From positions 32,001-96,000 of the IMG/VR virus record IMGVR_UViG_3300031992_000016: a stretch of DNA of 64,000 nt. The stretch is one strand, 5' to 3'. Shown here piece after piece: positions 7,061 to 16,979 of this stretch. The position numbers and the translations under genes are program-made. The stretch is from a virus (lineage: Duplodnaviria > Caudoviricetes). The notes under the pieces were generated by a model. The model was not told the origin of the DNA, did not search any database, and saw only the letters and a list, made by a program, of their open reading frames with translations. Position 1 is the first letter of the stretch. Each line of letters begins with the position of its first letter.

Positions 7061-7175
7061 AAGATGGAAAGCCGGCTCATTACAGCAATGTTAGCCAGAG
7101 TAGTATAAAAGGCAAGTACAGCGCAGATGACAATGCGAAGATTTCGGTTCGACTCCGAACTAAAAATCCATCTTG
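7061..7175 (+). ncRNA. ACAGCAA-motif RNA copy f enclosing D-, anticodon- and T-arm-like hairpins
   Basis: AAGATGGA...TCCATCTT stem; TTACAGCAATG; TTCGG-TTCGACT-CCGAA T arm; CGCA-GATGACAA-TGCG hairpin. Confidence 0.6.
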
Positions 7176-7181
7176 AAATAT

Positions 7182-7270
7182 GGGCGTGTGGCCGAGAGGC
7201 TGAAGGCTATGGTCCTGAAAACCATCGTGGTGATGAGCCACCGTAGGTTCGAATCCTACCGCGCTCGCCA
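7182..7270 (+). tRNA. tRNA-Ser(TGA)
   Basis: ATGGT-CC-TGA-AA-ACCAT; long variable arm; G73-CCA. Confidence 0.9.
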
Positions 7271-7336
7271 GTATAAAGACTACAATAAGTAGTCTTTTAT
7301 TTTTTTACAAATATAATGACCGAGGAGGATTTTAAT

Positions 7337-7978
7337 ATGAAAGTTCAACATGCTGTTGGTAATGCTGCCGCAATTGCAGCACTTCCTGTTACCCCAGGTA
7401 AAATTTATTTTTCTAAAGACACCAAAAAGATTTTCTTTGATACTGCTGATGGTCGTATTGAAATCAACAGTGATGTAGTCGCACAAGTAGCTAATTTACT
7501 TGCTGCAGTAAATGTTTTAAATGGCGATGCTAATGTAGCAGGCTCAGTTGCTAATGTTGCAAATGCCGCTGCCGCACGTAAGGTCGCTGAAATTGTTGGC
7601 GATGCTGATGAAAATTTAGATACTCTTGAAGAAATCGCTACTTGGATTAGTTCTGATGAAGGCGGAAAAGCTGCTGCCGCATTAGCTAGTCGCGTAGAGA
7701 CTGTTGAAAATACTTTACAGGGCATGAGTGATCATGGTTCTCGTATTAGTGGTTTAGAGTCCTCAATGCAATTAGTTGTTACTAATAGCCAGTTGGCTAA
7801 TTATGCTTTAAAAACTGATTTGAATGATTTAGTAACAAATACCGCATTGACCACTGCTCTTGCTGATTATGTACAAAATGCAGCTTTAGCTACCTATGCT
7901 ACCAAAGCTGCACTTGATGCTTTGGATACTCGTGTTACTGCTCTTGAAACCGCTAATGATGAAGGTGCTGGTGCTTAA
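7337..7978 (+). CDS. putative fiber-like virion protein
   Basis: GAGGAGG RBS; LDTLEEIATWI motif and Ala-rich coiled coil typical of phage fiber proteins. Confidence 0.6.
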   Translation: MKVQHAVGNAAAIAALPVTPGKIYFSKDTKKIFFDTADGRIEINSDVVAQVANLLAAVNVLNGDANVAGSVANVANAAAARKVAEIVGDADENLDTLEEIATWISSDEGGKAAAALASRVETVENTLQGMSDHGSRISGLESSMQLVVTNSQLANYALKTDLNDLVTNTALTTALADYVQNAALATYATKAALDALDTRVTALETANDEGAGA

Positions 7979-9120
7979 TGGAACCAGTTGCAGGTGTTAT
8001 TACAGCTTCAGGTTGGAGTTTTGGTTTTAATCGTTATTATATGGAAAGTAATCAAGCACCTATAATTAGCGGATATAGTAGGCGTTGTAAAAGTTCTTCA
8101 ACTGGTAATGGAAAAGCATATTTTTCTAATATCCCCGCCAATTATCATCCAATTAGTTTGGTTTTAAGTGTAGGTAGTTGGAGTACAAGTTAGAATACGC
8201 CTAGTGCTGGTATGGCATATGTTTTGTATGATTATGATACACCATCACATTATGTTGTACTTTGGACTGGAGTGGCTTCAAGCGCATGGTCAGAGATTGT
8301 TAATTCTATCTGCGCGAATTGGAACCAAGATGGTACTTATTACGACGGAGATTATCTATATATTAATGATATGCGTATTTGGAATACTTTAGCTGGTGCT
8401 TCAACAATTATTTTGCATGTTTATACTACCGCATCAAAAACTGAATATTCAACTCATATTCATTAGACATATGGCTCAAATGTCGGTATGTTGTATTATG
8501 CTAAAGATAATAAAGCACCAATTAACTGTTAGATTAAATGGCCTGCAGCAAATAATCGTTCTACATATAATACAACGCCATATTTTAAAGCAGTCGCTAC
8601 TGATGAAGATGGCGATTAGATTCAATATAAATTTGAAACATACCAATACAATAATGGTGGAACTCCGACATTAATTCAAGAATCAACAACTACTCCAGCC
8701 AATAGCGGCACAGAGGTAGTATGGCATGCGACAACAGCATGTACAGGAGATGCTTAGAATAAATATATTATAAAAGTTACACCTATTGATACTAATGATG
8801 TAGCTGGTGCTTCAGTACAATATGTATTTATTGAAGAAAGCCCTCCTGTTGTACCAATTGGTTTAATTACACTTGTGAATTTAGAAACATATCGTAATTA
8901 TACTAATACAATGTATAATTGGTATGGCATGACTTTGCCGACTTGGACTACAAAAGCAATTGGAGATCCGATTTTACACAGCGATGTTGCAGAGTTAAAA
9001 ACTAAAATAGAAGGTTTGCCAAATACTGCTAGTGGTGCTGTTTCATTAGCTTCACAATATACGACAATTCGTACAAATACATCATTAAATAATATGAAAA
9101 CTGCATTAACACGTGCATAA
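7978..9120 (+). CDS. putative structural protein, beta-rich, 380 aa (5 TAG)
   Basis: Track fragments 7978, 8212 and 8875 share one frame separated only by TAG; TAATG coupling to the upstream gene. Confidence 0.75.
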
Positions 9121-9155
9121 ATTAAGCCCCTCATTTGAGGGGCTTAATTTTTTTT
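9121..9155 (+). terminator. intrinsic terminator
   Basis: ATTAAGCCCCTC-ATTT-GAGGGGCTTAAT followed by a T run. Confidence 0.85.
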
Positions 9156-9182
9156 GCCTTTTTTATTTTTTTATGTTATAAT
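9154..9182 (+). promoter_or_regulatory. sigma-A-type promoter
   Basis: TTGCCT-17-TGtTATAAT. Confidence 0.65.
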
Positions 9183-9214
9183 ATAAATGAAAAATAAAAA
9201 GGAGGTTAATTTAT

Positions 9215-9601
9215 ATGAAACGCCTTATTACTCTTTTTTTGACATTATGTTTATTTATATATCCACTCGCGGCATATGCGACAGAAGTAGAATCATAGAC
9301 TGTAAATTTAGATGGCGTAGAACTAATTATTCCAGAACCTGACCCATGTCTTACCAGTGTTCGTATTGATTGGAAGATGGGACGTCCAAGCGTAGTAGAA
9401 GAAAATACTCCTCTTACTTTAACGAGTACATTAGAGGGTATTAGAATTGATGAATTAGTTTTATCATATCAATGGTATTATGACAAACATGATGGTCAAG
9501 GTTTTGTTCCAATTTCGGGCGCAAATTCTAAATCATATAGTTTCCCAGCAACCGCCGCAACTTTAAGTTATGATTATAAATTAATTGTTACTTATCAATA
9601 A
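9215..9601 (+). CDS. secreted Ig-like domain protein (1 TAG)
   Basis: GGAGG RBS; signal peptide MKRLITLFLTLCLFIYPLAAYA; YQWYY...ISGANSKSY Ig-like motif. Confidence 0.7.
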
Positions 9602-9606
9602 ATAAC

Positions 9607-9655
9607 AGGGCTGTATAAAACAGCCCTTGATTTTTTTTATTTTTTTTGATATAAT
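9607..9655 (+). promoter_or_regulatory. terminator hairpin fused to sigma-A promoter
   Basis: AGGGCTGT/ACAGCCCT hairpin; TTGATT 9627, TATAAT 9650. Confidence 0.75.
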
Positions 9656-9686
9656 ATATATAGAAAATCAATAGGAGGTTCTATAT

Positions 9687-10247
9687 ATGAAAGCATATCT
9701 CGCTGGTAGTATTTTTTATCTTGGCGATAAATTTAGAAATGAATACTTCTCTTAGAAATTGCGCGAGGCTTTCCCAGATTTAGATTTATATAATCCATTA
9801 GAAAATACTGCGATTAATGATAAAACTAAATTTGCCGATGCGAGAGCTATTGCTGATGGAGACAATGAACGTTTAAACAATAGTGATATTCTAATTGCTT
9901 GTATTGATGGAGATGTATTACCAAGTGGCACATGTTCAGAAATTGGAAAATTCCATGAAAAAATTGCACGCGGCGACCATAAGTTACTTGTGGGAATTTG
10001 TACTGATACACGTCAGCAATATCTCACTCATAGTGCAGAAAAAGATAGCACATACAACGAACCCGGTGAGTGCCAATATTGTTATGAAAATCTATATGTT
10101 ACTGGACTCATTAAGCAAGCGGGCACTTTGGTAACAAATATTGAAGATGCTATTAAAGCTATTTCTATTTGGTTAGATCAAAAGGATATAAAAGCTTTTA
10201 TTAATGATTATCATACATTTTGGGAGGAAGGGTCTGAATGGCGGTAA
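9687..10247 (+). CDS. nucleoside 2-deoxyribosyltransferase-like protein (1 TAG)
   Basis: MKAYLAGSIF...LYNP...D..L..SDILIA..DG....SGT.SEIG; TAG at 9753. Confidence 0.85.
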
Positions 10248-11524
10248 ATTATTCTTTACGAGAAAAACCTCGTAATTGGAAAGACGCAATTGGTTATACT
10301 CTATAGTTTGTATTTGCGGTCCTAACCGCAACTATTTTAATCGCAACTATCTGCGGAACCAGCATCGCGGCAGGTCTCGTCGCAGCAGGTATCGGCACAT
10401 TAACTTTTTTGTGTATCACAGGTTTTAAAGCGCCAATAGTGATTAGTAATAGCGGCGCTACGGTATCTGCGGTAGTAGGTGCATTAGCTCTATCTAGTGC
10501 AGTTGAAACTAATTTCGCTGGTGTTATTTTAGGTGGCGCGGTAATCGCAGTTATTTATGGAGCAGCAGCATTGGCAATTAAGAAATGGGGCATTCAATGG
10601 TTACAGAAGCTAATTCCGCCACTAATTTCGGGGACAACCATATTAGTAATCGGTATTACATTGGCTGCATTTATTCCGACATACGCACTTGTGGGTGGCA
10701 GCTATTCGTTATGGGGCATCCTTATTGCGGGGATTACAGCAATAACCACAGTTCTGTGTATGCATTATGGGAAGAGCTTAGTCAAGACAATGCCTTTCTT
10801 AATTGGTTTGCTAGTAGGGTACATTGTCAGTTTTGTCCTAACTTTAACAAATGTTGCTCCATTAGTCAACATGGACGCATTGAAGATTTCAAGTGTCTTT
10901 ACTGTTCCCCAATTTGCCTTCTTGCAAACGAACTTCAATACTTTCGATTGGTCAGCTCTACCGCAAATCATTCTCTCATTTGGAATGGTAGCACTTGCGG
11001 CAATGACTGAGCACATTGGAGATATGACGACTGCTTCTGCTGTAACTGGATATAATCTATTAGAAACTCCTGGTTTGCATCGCACATTACTTGGTGATGG
11101 CGTAGGTAGTTTAATGGGTACTATTGTTGGCGGATAGCCCAATACCACTTATAGTGAATATACTTCTACAATGGCAATTAGCGGAGTTTATAGCACTTGG
11201 TACACATTATATACTGCTATTGTTTTAATCGCACTTGGTTTTATTGCACCATTTAATGCTTTCTTAATGGCATTACCTAATGCGGTATTTGCTGGTGTAT
11301 CAATAGTAGCATATGGTATGATTGCTCTTGCTGGTTTGCGCACTATTGTAAATGCAAATATTGATTTTAGCAATAGTAAAAATCAAATTATATTTGCGGC
11401 AATGGTAACAACCGGATTGAGTGGTTTAGCAATTACATATGGAGCATTTAATTTAACAGGCATTGCGCTTGCAATGATTGTCGGTGTGCTATTGAATGTA
11501 ATTTTAAAAAATAAGGGAGAGTAA
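10238..11524 (+). CDS. NCS2-family uracil/xanthine permease (2 TAG)
   Basis: Multi-TM protein; EHIGD, PGLHRTLLGDG, GG*PNTTYSE signature; TAG 10304 occupies the conserved TM1 Gln. Confidence 0.9.
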
Positions 11525-11559
11525 TCTCCCTTGATTTTTTTTAAAATTTTTGGTATAAT
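11513..11559 (+). promoter_or_regulatory. terminator hairpin fused to sigma-A promoter
   Basis: AAGGGAGA-GTAA-TCTCCCTT; TTGATT 11531, TATAAT 11554. Confidence 0.75.
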
Positions 11560-11626
11560 ATATATGTAAGATAAAGAAAAGTCCTACGGTCTTGAAAAAG
11601 ACTAAGAGAAAAAGGAGAGAAAAAAA

Positions 11627-13159
11627 ATGAGTGAATTTCTTAACAGCTTAAAGGTTGCTACTAACATGACCCATACGACTAATGGCGCTCTTACCTATAA
11701 GTCTACGCTTAACAAGGTGTATGATTTGTTCGCTCAGGGTGCGGCTATGCGTAATGGCGATGAATCTATGTGTCGTTCTTTGTTTATGTCTGCATATCAT
11801 GAAAATCCTACGCTGGCATTAAAGTGTCTGTTCTATTTGCGTGATATTCGTGGCGGTCAAGGCGAGCGGCGCTTCTTCCGCATTGCTATTCGTTCACTGG
11901 CTCAGAAGTATCAAAAGGAAATGTCTAATCTGGTAAAGTATATTCCTGAATTTGGTCGGTGGGATGACCTATATACTCTTGTAGATACCCCTCTGGAAAA
12001 TGAAGCATTTGCTTTTATGAAGAAGCAGATTATGCTGGACTTGGACAGCAAGACCCCTTCTTTGCTTGCTAAGTGGCTGAAGTCTGAGAATACCTCTTCT
12101 CAGGAGTCTGTGCGCTTGGCAACTAAGACTCGTCTGGCTTTCGGTCTGTCTGCGCGGCGTTATCGTAAGATGCTGTCTCTGCTTCGTAATCGTATTAACA
12201 TCGTTGAAACTCTGATGTCTCAGAACCGCTGGGACGAGATTGAGTTTGATAAGCTGCCTTCTCGGGCTGGTATTATTTATAAGAATGCATTCGCACGCCA
12301 TGACATTACTAAGGCTCGTTATGAAGCATTTATTAAGGATGAGAACACTAAGGTCAATACCGGAACTCTTTATCCTTATGATGTTGTTCATGAAGTATCT
12401 AAGTTGTGGAAGGGTTGGTATAACTATAAGCTGACTAAGGACGTCAATGACGTTGAACGTTTGGCCATCAATAAGTATTGGGATAATCTGACCGATTATT
12501 TCAATGGTGCAACTCTGAACGCGCTGGCTGTTGTAGATACCTCCGGTTCTATGACTAGTGGGTCTGGAAATATTGCTCCTATTGATGTCGCTATCGCTCT
12601 CGGTATGTATTGCGCTGACCGTGCGCAGGGACCTTTCCATAATCACTTTGTTTCTTTCAGCCGCCGTCCTGAGTTGATTGAAATTGAGGGTGTGGATTTC
12701 TGCGAGAAGGTAAGCAATATCTATCGTCAGAACCTGTGTGAGAATACCAACATCGAAGCTACCTTTGATTTGCTTCTTAACACTGCAAAGCGCGCTCATC
12801 TGCGTCAGGATCAGCTTCCTCAGTCTCTGATTATCATCAGCGATATGCAGTTTGACCGGGCAACTGGCCGCTACTGTAATGATGATGAAATGGATGCATG
12901 GGCTAACACTTTGTTTGAAACTATTAATCAGCGCTGGGAAAATGCCGGATATGAGATGCCTCATCTTATCTTCTGGAACGTAAATGCTGCTTCTGGTGGC
13001 GGAAACATTCCTATGCGCGACAGTGGAAATGTTACTTACGTCAGCGGTGCTTCTCCTGTTATTCTGGAACAGGTGCTTACGGGCAAGACTGGCCAGGATG
13101 TCATGCTGGACAAGCTGATGTCTGAACGCTACGCTGTTATCAAGTCTATTACTGAGTAA
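11627..13159 (+). CDS. DUF2828-family helical-repeat + vWA protein (Ro60/TROVE-like architecture)
   Basis: TNGA, RDIRGGQGER, GRWDDL, LAKW motifs; vWA MIDAS VDTSGSM; ISDMQFD; IFWNV. Confidence 0.8.
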   Translation: MSEFLNSLKVATNMTHTTNGALTYKSTLNKVYDLFAQGAAMRNGDESMCRSLFMSAYHENPTLALKCLFYLRDIRGGQGERRFFRIAIRSLAQKYQKEMSNLVKYIPEFGRWDDLYTLVDTPLENEAFAFMKKQIMLDLDSKTPSLLAKWLKSENTSSQESVRLATKTRLAFGLSARRYRKMLSLLRNRINIVETLMSQNRWDEIEFDKLPSRAGIIYKNAFARHDITKARYEAFIKDENTKVNTGTLYPYDVVHEVSKLWKGWYNYKLTKDVNDVERLAINKYWDNLTDYFNGATLNALAVVDTSGSMTSGSGNIAPIDVAIALGMYCADRAQGPFHNHFVSFSRRPELIEIEGVDFCEKVSNIYRQNLCENTNIEATFDLLLNTAKRAHLRQDQLPQSLIIISDMQFDRATGRYCNDDEMDAWANTLFETINQRWENAGYEMPHLIFWNVNAASGGGNIPMRDSGNVTYVSGASPVILEQVLTGKTGQDVMLDKLMSERYAVIKSITE

Positions 13160-13168
13160 CTTATATAC

Positions 13169-13218
13169 AAGGCTGAGTAAATCTCAGCCTTGATTTTTTT
13201 TATATTTTTTGGTATAAT
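13169..13218 (+). promoter_or_regulatory. terminator hairpin fused to sigma-A promoter
   Basis: AAGGCTGAG-TAAAT-CTCAGCCTT; TTGATT 13190, TATAAT 13213. Confidence 0.75.
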
Positions 13219-13229
13219 ATATAAGGAAG

Positions 13230-13445
13230 GTGAAAGAAATGAAAGAGTTTGAATTTTTGCCAAAGCAAATTTTCCTTGAATGGTATGAAACAAATCGTAT
13301 TAAACCTGGTAAATATTATTGGGTTGTAGAAGAAGAAGATGGGTGGCAACGTCAATTGCGTTATCCCATTATGAATTATCGTCCAGATTTGGCAGCGGCT
13401 GCCACGAATCCTCAATATATAGGAGTGAATTATTATGCTCTTTAA
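13230..13445 (+). CDS. hypothetical protein
   Basis: Follows promoter; overlaps next start. Confidence 0.6.
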   Translation: MKEMKEFEFLPKQIFLEWYETNRIKPGKYYWVVEEEDGWQRQLRYPIMNYRPDLAAAATNPQYIGVNYYAL

Positions 13446-14238
13446 TAAAACGCAGGAACAAAAACAGAAAATTCTTGACAAGGTTCAAAATCATCATTAT
13501 TTCGTCGAAAATTATTTGCCAGATGAAGTAATTTTTACAGCACTAATTGGTAGTCAAAATTATAATTTAGATACTGAGAATAGTGATATTGACACTATTA
13601 CATTTATTTTGCCGTCTTTATCTTCCTTTTATACAACAGAACAATTAATTTCAAAAGAATATGAACTTGAAGATGGCAAAGCAGTAATTAAAGATATTCG
13701 TTTATTTTTTAAGCTTTTGCGCAAAAGTTCGCCCAATAGTATTGAATGGATTTGCAGCCATTATATGTATATTAATCCAACATATGAAACTGTTATTGAG
13801 CGGATGCGCAATGATTGCAATCTATTAAGCAGCTGCGATATACTCAATATGCTACATGCAATTGCTGGCACCGCAACACAGTTACATGGTAGAAATATGA
13901 CTATTGGTAAGCGTTTCTCACATGTTTTACGTTTAGATGATATGATGTACACTTATACAGTTAATTTTGAAAATGGCGATTTCTTAGCGCTGCGGCCTGG
14001 CGATATGCGCATGGCATTAGATGCAAAAACTGGTCATTGTAATTTAACTGATGATGAAATCAAAAGTGAATGTGATAAATTAACCACAAAGATTAATCAA
14101 GAAGTTACTGATTATCATTTAACTTCTATCGACATTAATCGCATGGCGCTTGCGCGAGCACTTTTAAAATTTCATGAAAGACGCTTATTTGAGACTTACT
14201 TGCATACCCAGGGATTTGAAAAAATTAAAAAAATTTGA
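13435..14238 (+). CDS. pol-beta-type nucleotidyltransferase (RlaP-like)
   Basis: GSQNYNLDTENSDID motif; K.SPN.IE. Confidence 0.75.
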   Translation: MLFNKTQEQKQKILDKVQNHHYFVENYLPDEVIFTALIGSQNYNLDTENSDIDTITFILPSLSSFYTTEQLISKEYELEDGKAVIKDIRLFFKLLRKSSPNSIEWICSHYMYINPTYETVIERMRNDCNLLSSCDILNMLHAIAGTATQLHGRNMTIGKRFSHVLRLDDMMYTYTVNFENGDFLALRPGDMRMALDAKTGHCNLTDDEIKSECDKLTTKINQEVTDYHLTSIDINRMALARALLKFHERRLFETYLHTQGFEKIKKI

Positions 14239-14244
14239 TATAAT
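14216..14244 (+). promoter_or_regulatory. sigma-A-type promoter
   Basis: TTGAAA-17-TGaTATAAT. Confidence 0.75.
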
Positions 14245-14270
14245 ATATATAGAAAGTGAGGGATTAAGTG

Positions 14271-14558
14271 ATGGCTATGAAGGTTTGGTTTGAAGATGCT
14301 AATGGCAATGAGCGGATTATTAAAAATACTGCTTTGACCTGGGCAGAGGTTGATCAAGCTATCAATGAATTTATTCGGCGATGCAATATCAATAAGATAA
14401 ACCAAGCTAAGCGGTTGTATGGCGACCAGTATGATGAGTCTAAGGTTAATCTCTTCAAACGGTATTATACTCGGGTATGGAAGCAAGAGGATGGCCGAAC
14501 CAAGATTGACGTAGGTTCTCATAGTGAGTTCTTCTTATGGGAGGGAACGTATGAGTAA
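14271..14558 (+). CDS. hypothetical protein
   Basis: RBS; C-terminal IDVGSHSEFF motif. Confidence 0.7.
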   Translation: MAMKVWFEDANGNERIIKNTALTWAEVDQAINEFIRRCNINKINQAKRLYGDQYDESKVNLFKRYYTRVWKQEDGRTKIDVGSHSEFFLWEGTYE

Positions 14559-15075
14559 AAGTTGGTTTTTGCATGAAATTGATTATAGTCGTATTCCTCC
14601 AAGAGATAATGGCTATTGGGAAATTCGTGGCAATAAGCCTCAACCTAACACAATCATTCAAGTATATAACATGATGGGCGGTCATCATGATTATAAAGTT
14701 ACTGAATTGGATGAATTTATTTACTCTGATTGGGAGACAGTAGGACGTCGTAGATATACAGAAAATCAGAAATCAGATTATGGATGGATTGATTTAGAAG
14801 GTAATTTTTATGGTTGTGATTGGGCCGAACATAGAGATTGCGCATATATATGTTTTGGCCTAACTGAGTTAGATGCTGAACGCCAAGGCTATGTAAAAAT
14901 TTATTATGATAAATCTAATGCCAAATATGATAATTATCATTACCGTCCTGATGGTTTAGGCTGGTACTGCGATCGTCCCTTAACTGATGCGCAGATAGCT
15001 AAATTAAATGAACGAGGTTTCTCTGCCAACAGAGAAAGAGAGGATTTGTTATATGACGACGGATATGATGATTAA
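14551..15075 (+). CDS. hypothetical protein
   Basis: GGAGG RBS; GWIDLEGNFYGC..H motif. Confidence 0.7.
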   Translation: MSKSWFLHEIDYSRIPPRDNGYWEIRGNKPQPNTIIQVYNMMGGHHDYKVTELDEFIYSDWETVGRRRYTENQKSDYGWIDLEGNFYGCDWAEHRDCAYICFGLTELDAERQGYVKIYYDKSNAKYDNYHYRPDGLGWYCDRPLTDAQIAKLNERGFSANREREDLLYDDGYDD

Positions 15076-15244
15076 ACGAATTAATGAATTAGAAAGCACT
15101 GTACAAAGGTATGAAGCAGAAAATTTCGCATTGCGTGTGGAGCTTAATAGGCTTCGAGATGAATCAGCAACAATACAACAGCAAGCCGAATTTGGCAAAG
15201 CAACTGAAACTTTTATTAAAGAAATCAAAAGGATTATGAGGTGA
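15065..15244 (+). CDS. small coiled-coil protein
   Basis: Coupled between neighbours. Confidence 0.55.
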   Translation: MMIKRINELESTVQRYEAENFALRVELNRLRDESATIQQQAEFGKATETFIKEIKRIMR

Positions 15245-15248
15245 GATT

Positions 15249-16652
15249 ATGGCATATTGTGGATATGTAGTTAAGGTAGAACATCTTCGTAAGCATACCA
15301 ATGCGGACCGTCTGCAAATTGCTACTTTTTTTGGTAATGATACTATTGTTGGTATGAACACTCAGTACGGTGATATTGGTGTTTATTTCCCTGTTGATGG
15401 TCAGTTATCTGAGCGCTTTTGTGAGGTAAATGACCTTGTGCGCCGCAAGGATGAAAACGGTAAGCAGGTTGGCGGTTATCTTGACCCTGATAAGCGTAAC
15501 ATAAAGGCCTTGAAGCTGCGTGGTGAAAAGTCTGATGGTCTTTATCTGCCTATTACTTGTTTAGCTGACTTCTGCAAGATTTCTGATTTGAAGGTTGGTG
15601 ACACTATTGATACTGTCAATGGTGAGCTGATTTGCCAGAAGTACATTCCTCATTCTAATGCTCGCACTCATGCTGGCGGTGCGAAGGGTGTAAAGAAGGT
15701 CAAGGCCAACATCGCACCTACTTTCTATGAACATGTTGATACTGCTCAGTTGGCTTATAACCTCAACGCTTTTAAGCCTGGTGATACTGTTCAGCTGACC
15801 TTGAAGATGCATGGCACTTCTGGTCGTACTGGGTATCTACCTCTGGTACATGTAAAGCAAACTTGGTTTGATAAGTTGTTCCATCGTCCTGGCAAGGAAT
15901 ATAAGGAGTATGGTTATATTACTGGCACTCGTCGTGTAGTCCTGGATGGGAAGCGCACTGGTGGTTTCTATGACTCTGATGATTTCCGTGAAGCTATGGC
16001 TGCCAAGTTCGATGGTAAGCTCCGTAAGGGCGAAGTTGCCTATTATGAAATCGTTGGATTCCAGGGACCTAATGGTGCTCCTATTATGAGCCAGGTTCAG
16101 AACTCTAAGGTAAAGGACCCTGAATTTACTAAGCAGTATGGTTCAGTAACTACTTTCTCTTATGGTTGTGAGCAAGATGGTGGCTATGAAGCTAAGAGCA
16201 TCCTTGATCCTGGCGTAGAATTTAACAAGGCTCCTTGCTGTGAAGTGTATGTCTATCGTATGACTATGGTCAATGAAGATGGTGATGTAGTAGAATATTC
16301 TCCTGCTCAGATTAAGGAGCGTTGTGAGCAGATGGGTATTCATACTGTAATGGAATTTGAAACCTTCATAATTCCTGATATGATTCAGCTACCTGACGAT
16401 GTTGGGTCTTTACAGGCGGTCGATGCTGGCGAATATGTTCTTCGTAAGGTTGAGCAGTATTTCGATGGTCCTGACCCTATCGGTAAGACCCATGTGCGCG
16501 AAGGAGTAGTTGCTCGTATCCTTAACCGTACTAACTTCGCAGTTTATAAGCACAAGAACTTCTCTTTCAAGGTGTTGGAAGGCATTGCCAAGGATGAAGC
16601 TACCGCGCCTGACATTGAAGAGGCTCAGGAAATAATGGAAGATGGAGTTTAA
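15249..16652 (+). CDS. ATP-dependent RNA ligase with N-terminal tRNA-binding OB-like domain (DRB0094-type)
   Basis: HTNADRL N-terminus; motif I TLKMHGTS; motif III YYEIVG; motif IV EGVV; motif V KHKNFSF. Confidence 0.85.
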   Translation: MAYCGYVVKVEHLRKHTNADRLQIATFFGNDTIVGMNTQYGDIGVYFPVDGQLSERFCEVNDLVRRKDENGKQVGGYLDPDKRNIKALKLRGEKSDGLYLPITCLADFCKISDLKVGDTIDTVNGELICQKYIPHSNARTHAGGAKGVKKVKANIAPTFYEHVDTAQLAYNLNAFKPGDTVQLTLKMHGTSGRTGYLPLVHVKQTWFDKLFHRPGKEYKEYGYITGTRRVVLDGKRTGGFYDSDDFREAMAAKFDGKLRKGEVAYYEIVGFQGPNGAPIMSQVQNSKVKDPEFTKQYGSVTTFSYGCEQDGGYEAKSILDPGVEFNKAPCCEVYVYRMTMVNEDGDVVEYSPAQIKERCEQMGIHTVMEFETFIIPDMIQLPDDVGSLQAVDAGEYVLRKVEQYFDGPDPIGKTHVREGVVARILNRTNFAVYKHKNFSFKVLEGIAKDEATAPDIEEAQEIMEDGV

Positions 16653-16655
16653 TTT

Positions 16656-16979
16656 ATGAATAGAGAACAATATAGACGTTGGGCTAAAACTAATAAAAAA
16701 CATTTTACAGACACTTGTCCTTATTGCAAACGTGATACTCGTTTTATCTTCGCTGAGGATGTACCTGGCGAAGTAACTGTAAAATGTGCTGTATGTGATG
16801 CGGTTGTTAATTCAGAACCTGAACTTAAAGAATTTGGCGTGAAGGGCGTGTATATGCCCTTCCCGCTTCGCACACTGGAAGCAATTATTCTATCTGCGAG
16901 GATGCAAAAGCAAAAAGAACAAGAGCAGAAGGAGAAAATGCTGAAAGATGAAATATCTGATAGTGCTCGGATATCGTGA
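16656..16979 (+). CDS. Zn-ribbon protein
   Basis: CPYC...CAVC. Confidence 0.65.
   Translation: MNREQYRRWAKTNKKHFTDTCPYCKRDTRFIFAEDVPGEVTVKCAVCDAVVNSEPELKEFGVKGVYMPFPLRTLEAIILSARMQKQKEQEQKEKMLKDEISDSARIS

Noticed and set aside
1385-7175. ACAGCAA elements as a CRISPR array or plain terminators
   Set aside because: No identical direct repeats, regular spacing or cas genes; stems enclose 50-100 nt of structured cargo rather than short loops
11969-12964. 331-aa minus-strand ORF and similar antisense ORFs (e.g. 31256..31840)
   Set aside because: Shadows of codon-biased + strand genes; no motifs or RBS
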